DNA of 64,000 nt from Eledone cirrhosa (lineage: Eukaryota). The DNA lies in the NCBI GenBank assembly GCA_964016885.1, contig OZ024747.1, positions 14,756,001 through 14,820,000 on the forward strand, written 5' to 3'. Of the stretch, positions 59,245 through 64,000 are shown in pieces. A program made the translations under genes and the position numbers. Position 1 is the stretch's first letter. Each line of letters starts with the position of its first letter. The notes under the pieces were generated by a model, which saw only the letters and a program-made list of their open reading frames with translations, made no database searches and was not told the origin of the DNA.

Positions 59245-59985
59245 ATGAATAGCTTTTGTTAATTTTAAAACCATTCTGTTGAGAACTTAATTCGTTTTGT
59301 GATGTTTTGCAATTTTGCAATAATAACACACATACTGAATTCACCCGCCACAACTAAGGGTTGCCCCCCTTGTCGAGCCCCACGTGGGTTTTGATAACGG
59401 TCAGTCCTTCGCTTGGCACTTGAACTAAAAGCCTATTGAGAAAGTGACTTCCTTGTTCGATCATCTTACCAAAAGCTTAACATTATTTGTCTAAGCAGAT
59501 GGGGGGTGGATTGGCAGTGTCGGTAGAGAGTCGGACGCCATGCTTTGCAGCATAGAGTTACGTCCCTTTACGGTGTGAGTTCAAATCCCGCCGAGGTTTA
59601 CTTTGCCTTTCATCCTTACGGGGTCGATAAAATAAAGTACCAGTAATGCACTGGGTAATTGCTGGCCTGGTGCCTAAAGTAGAAACAAAAATTTGTCTAA
59701 GCAGACAGTACTTGATTTAGGAGTTGCAGAAACCCAAATGCTGGATTTACCAATCTTCCAGGGGTCAGCGTATAATTTTCAATCATATTTTATTTGTTTG
59801 ACCCGAATTACTTGGTCGTTTCTATGGCTGTGCGGATAATGGTTTAACCATCGTCTCAGTGTGTTTGGCCCTTTAACTTATGTTGTAGCTCTAGTTCCCT
59901 AGCTTCTATGGAGCGCTTGCCACACATCTCGGAAGTTGTTTTTCGCTAATTTCCAATAGCCGAAATACGATTCACGTTAATTTAT
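59245..59985 (+). mobile_element. Unclassified interspersed repeat with nested full-length Meta-like SINE (59501-59690)
   Basis: Homologous to 35085-35530 and 35765-36310; SINE TSD atttgtctaagcaga. Confidence 0.85.
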
Positions 59986-59988
59986 ATT

Positions 59989-60031
<43 letters not shown>

Positions 60032-60078
60032 AGATAAATCTACCAAGAGTGTCCAATCCGTATTATTTCTGAAGAGTT

Positions 60079-60190
60079 CAAATCCCGCCGAGGTTGACTT
60101 TGCCTTTCATCCTTACGGGGTCGATAAAATAAAGTACCAGTAATGTACTGGGTAATTGCTGGCCTTGTGCCTAAAGTAGAAACAATTATT
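60079..60190 (+). mobile_element. 5'-truncated Meta-like SINE with TSD
   Basis: TSD attatttctgaaga. Confidence 0.9.
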
Positions 60191-60387
60191 TCTGAAGACG
60201 GCATATGTATGTGTTGGTATGTATATTAAATTTGATAGTTTGTATAATTTTGTATAATTTTGTACATAGATCTGTTAAATATGCATGCCAATTCTAACAC
60301 ATTTATGTCCTAGAAACGATCGTTACATAATGAACTTTTTTGTTTAATATAAGGAACTGTTTCATTGTTTTATTCATTATTTTTTAA

Positions 60388-60444
<57 letters not shown>

Positions 60445-60957
60445 GCCCACATACACACACACTCACATATATATATATGTGCTTCTATATATGATGTATT
60501 CATGCATATCTGATATACATATATGCATACATGTGTTTGTGAATATCTGATTTGAACGTAAATGTATCTGCTTATGGTTATATATATACATCTGTTAATT
60601 TATATGTATGTGTGTCTGTTTGGATATGTGTCTCATTCCATCTGTTATGATTTCTTAACAGCCTTCACCTTTCTTTTTTCTGTGTTTGTGTTGTATCTTT
60701 GTTTCACTATCTTTACTGTACCCCCTCTCTATCTCTCTACGATGGACACATGTGCTGAGCTCGCTCGGTAAGTTTTTGTTTAAATTCATACGGAAATTGT
60801 AAACTGTAAACTTTCATTTTTGTATCATTTTGTAGAGGGACTGCCAGGTCAAATTTTGATCTGGTCGGTCTCTCAAAATATTCTGCGCCTTTGGGCGAAA
60901 TAGTATTGTGAACATTTTATCTTTCGAAAAACTTCGAAAAACCCTATTTTGAGAAAA

Positions 60958-61134
60958 ATGGCTGAATCATCTTCACCATCAATCAAAGAAGGAAAGGGGA
61001 AGTCATACTCACAGCTTCCCCCTGCCACTGTCACAGCAGCAGATGCCAAAGGCAGAGGTCAGAGAGAGGAAGAATTGTCTTCACCTGTTGACCGACCACT
61101 AGATGTAGCCACAACTACACAAGAATTTGAAAAC

Positions 61135-61165
<31 letters not shown>

Positions 61166-62808
61166 GCAACAATAAAGACAACAAAAACAACAACAACACA
61201 AACGTCACAAGTATCCACACACGAAACGAGAAAGACAACAACAACAACAAAGATGAAAACAACTCAAACGACGAGAAACAAAACAATACTAATATCCAAA
61301 ACGAAAACAAAATATCTTTTGCACAAACGGCTAAATTATCAGTCGCTTATGTGCTGGAAGATATTTCAAAAGCAAAAGAAATGCTGGAAAAAGCCAAGAA
61401 ATATGTGTCTTTTGGCGAAAACGGATCGTTTTCTATACATTCACCTCCGGAGCTAAAAAGACAGACGGAATTACGAACTGTCGTATTCCGAACAGTTTTA
61501 AATAAAACAAAGAAACCAGCGCAACCATCTCAAGCGGAAACTCAGTTAGTCTTGAAAGACGCGATGAGAGACATCACTTTCATACAAAAGGATAAACTCT
61601 ATGGGAGTTTATCCATATTGATGAAAGACGAATTGGCGGCAAAAAAATACTCTGTGTCGCCAATTCGGTCCACACACTACACCTTCTTCCCTACCTACAT
61701 GGGTAAAAAAACCCAGAGGATATGGATAACCACCATCACCCCAAACATAAACTACTGGTGGTTACTAACCGGTTTCCTCAATTTAGACGAGGACAACCTC
61801 ATCTCAATAGGGAAGGCATCCGGCGACGCGTTCAGTGGAACGAGCATCGAAGTTCTGACCCAAATAAGGCCAGAACGCATCGCCCAAATCCCTGAGCGCG
61901 TCATGCTGGATGACCGTACCCACCTCAACATTATTGTGGAGGGTAGGCGTCCCTCCTGTTACCTCTGTGGCAATAGAGGTCACCTGAGGGCTGCCTGTCC
62001 CCAGCTCACACAGAAAAAAACACTGCTACCAACACCAACACCACCCCAACTACAACAACAAAAACAACCACAACAACAACAAAAACCAACAACCCCACCA
62101 CCACCACCACAACAACAACAACAACAAACACGTGAAAAAATAACACAGAATACTGTCCCACCCAATCCCTCCCCACCCAAAACAAATACAAAAACACGCA
62201 CACCGCAAACACTACCAGAAAACATACCCCTCCCACCCAACAAGGAAGACGAACCTCTTTCGTCGCAAGACGAAAAAGATCCCTTCCAACAAGTAAAAAG
62301 AAAGAAGAGGAGACGCACCACAGACACACATGTTAACTTTAATCCCCCCCAAGAGAACACAAACTACACACAAACCACCCCTCCCTGTCACACAACACTA
62401 ACTGCTACACAAAAAAAGACATTACAATACACATACATGAACACAGACAACAAAGAATTACGGAAAACAATTTCAGCAAACCCTTCGGTCCAAACCGAAG
62501 GGCCAAACTTTATAACTGCTGTGGGACTACCTCATTTGAAAATGATAAAAGTCCCAATGCACTTGTACAAAACACTGAAAATAAATTTCACGGAGGACGT
62601 GGGCCCCCCCTGCGCCAAACCAATCAACCGCGTCCTCCTAAAAAATTTCACCCCCCCACCTCACCCAGACACCCACTCAACGACAAACACCCCAACCCCA
62701 CAACACACCGATGCCCCTTCACTTCCACAAACCACAACCCCACCCAACAACCCATCCCCAACCAGCATGGAAATTGAGCGGCCCGTTTCCCGGGACGCAG
62801 AGAGGTAA
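60958..62808 (+). CDS. ORF1 (gag-like nucleic-acid-binding protein) of L1/Tx1-clade LINE
   Basis: About 616 codons uninterrupted from ATG 60958; CX2CX4HX4C knuckle CYLCGNRGHLRAAC, Asn-rich and Pro/Gln-rich segments, basic KRKKRRR; directly precedes ORF2. Confidence 0.9.
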
Positions 62809-62832
62809 GTGCCTTTTCTCTTTACCACCAAC

Positions 62833-64000
62833 ATGGCTGTGCTAAGAGTAGGGTGTCTAAATGCGCGTGGCCTGGGCTCGTCTTGGAAGCAAGCAATGCT
62901 TCTAAATGACCTCAGGTCACAATCTATAAATGTGATGGTTATCTGCGAGGCCCGGATCAGCAGCATGCGACAGCTAGCCCCCACCTTTGACGACTTTGAG
63001 ATGCACGCATCTCTCTGTCAGCCCGGAGGTGGGGGTGGGGTTGTCGTTCTGCTGCAAAAACATATGGGCCTTGCAACACAGATAGTTCACTTGGACCCAG
63101 GGGGTCGACTGGTGGTGCTGGACCTTGGCAGTGGTGAAGGTAGAGCCTTTAGGCTGATAGCCGCATATGCCCCTTTTGGGACAGAGCGGCCCGACTTTTT
63201 CCAGCGTCTGGAGTCTTTTCTAGGGACGTCCCGTTCCCTGCTTTTAGTGGGGGATTGGAATGGTATCCTGGATGCACGTTGGGACTATGCAGGGGCATGT
63301 CCCGATAGAGAGGGGTGCAACAGCCTCAAGGGGTTACTCGGCCGATTTGACCTGGCCGATAGATTTCGACTAGATTTTCCGACGGTGCCAACCTGGTCTT
63401 GGTCAAATCGCAGCGGATCATCTAGATCGTACCTAGATAGATTTTTAGTTAGAAATAAGGACAGGGACTTTTTAAGTTGTCCAGAAATGCTCATGGTTGG
63501 CTATTCAGACCACAAGTTGGTGACCTGCATGGTCAACCTTGATAGAACGCATAGACAGGGCCCCGGTTACTGGAAGCTCAACTTGTCCTTGCCGGCAAGT
63601 AGAGCCTACAGGAATCGGATTAGTACGTTAGTTAAGGAACGGTTGACTGGAGCGATCGTCAACAGCAGGTGGTGGGTATCTCTAAAGAGAGAGATTAGAG
63701 TAGTCTCGATTGAATTTAGTAAGGTTCTAGCTGCGGATAGGAATAGGAAGGAAAGGGAGCTAATAGATAGAGTAGAAGAGGCAATTAGAAGCGGCGACGT
63801 GGCCAGAGTGCTAGCGTCGAGAACGGCTTTGAGCCAGTTTTTCGACGCGAAGCACGAAGGCTGCGTTGTCCGAAGTAAAATACGTGCTCTAGGGAACGAG
63901 GGGGCCAAAGCTGTTAGCTGGGCCCGCGTGACAGAGGCCAACAGTGGAACTAAATCCACCATCCGGTCTTTGCGAGACCTGGATGGACGGGCGATTCTTG
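62833..64000 (+). CDS. ORF2 N-terminus (APE-type endonuclease) of L1/Tx1-clade LINE, open to window end
   Basis: Manual translation without stops: MAVLRVGCLNARGL...ICE...GGGV...GRL...AYAP...LVGDWN...WSW...SYLDR...YSDHKLV...GPGYWKLN. Absent from the ORF track because no stop falls in the window. Confidence 0.93.
   Translation, partial: MAVLRVGCLNARGLGSSWKQAMLLNDLRSQSINVMVICEARISSMRQLAPTFDDFEMHASLCQPGGGGGVVVLLQKHMGLATQIVHLDPGGRLVVLDLGSGEGRAFRLIAAYAPFGTERPDFFQRLESFLGTSRSLLLVGDWNGILDARWDYAGACPDREGCNSLKGLLGRFDLADRFRLDFPTVPTWSWSNRSGSSRSYLDRFLVRNKDRDFLSCPEMLMVGYSDHKLVTCMVNLDRTHRQGPGYWKLNLSLPASRAYRNRISTLVKERLTGAIVNSRWWVSLKREIRVVSIEFSKVLAADRNRKERELIDRVEEAIRSGDVARVLASRTALSQFFDAKHEGCVVRSKIRALGNEGAKAVSWARVTEANSGTKSTIRSLRDLDGRAIL

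Noticed and set aside
59185-59256. CTGATGA at about 59242 as a hammerhead
   Set aside because: No appropriately placed GAAA or stem II; it lies in a simple imperfect inverted repeat.
61059-63962. Minus-strand ORFs over the Tx1 element and other LINEs
   Set aside because: Antisense shadows of the real ORFs or of low-complexity tracts.

Overview
AT-rich, repeat-saturated eukaryotic (animal) DNA with no complete host gene that I can support. The (TA)n/(GAT)n/(CA)n density and the SINE families resemble an octopus or other coleoid cephalopod genome (inference). Contents: (1) non-LTR retrotransposons: an apparently intact L1/Tx1-clade element running off the right end (ORF1 with a CCHC knuckle, in-frame APE-endonuclease ORF2), a decayed RTE copy, two Proto2/RTE-group copies, two Rex3/Expander-like fragments and a CRE-like RLE fragment; (2) more than 20 copies of a tRNA-headed SINE with a Meta-like domain that inserts at ATTATT, plus three tRNA-CORE-like SINEs; (3) a 41-copy 28-bp minisatellite with higher-order structure; (4) a few isolated exon candidates. 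The most notable signal is non-coding. About ten short, largely unrelated elements share one architecture: (TA)n - inverted arm - direct arm - short unique tail - (TA)n. Several carry type I hammerhead ribozyme cores (CUGANGA...GAAA-palindrome-UH), which fits non-autonomous Penelope-like/retrozyme-like elements targeted to (TA)n. One is a 3-kb A-B-A'-tail-B'-partial A' structure with a captured SINE. All motifs and folds were read by eye and boundaries are approximate.
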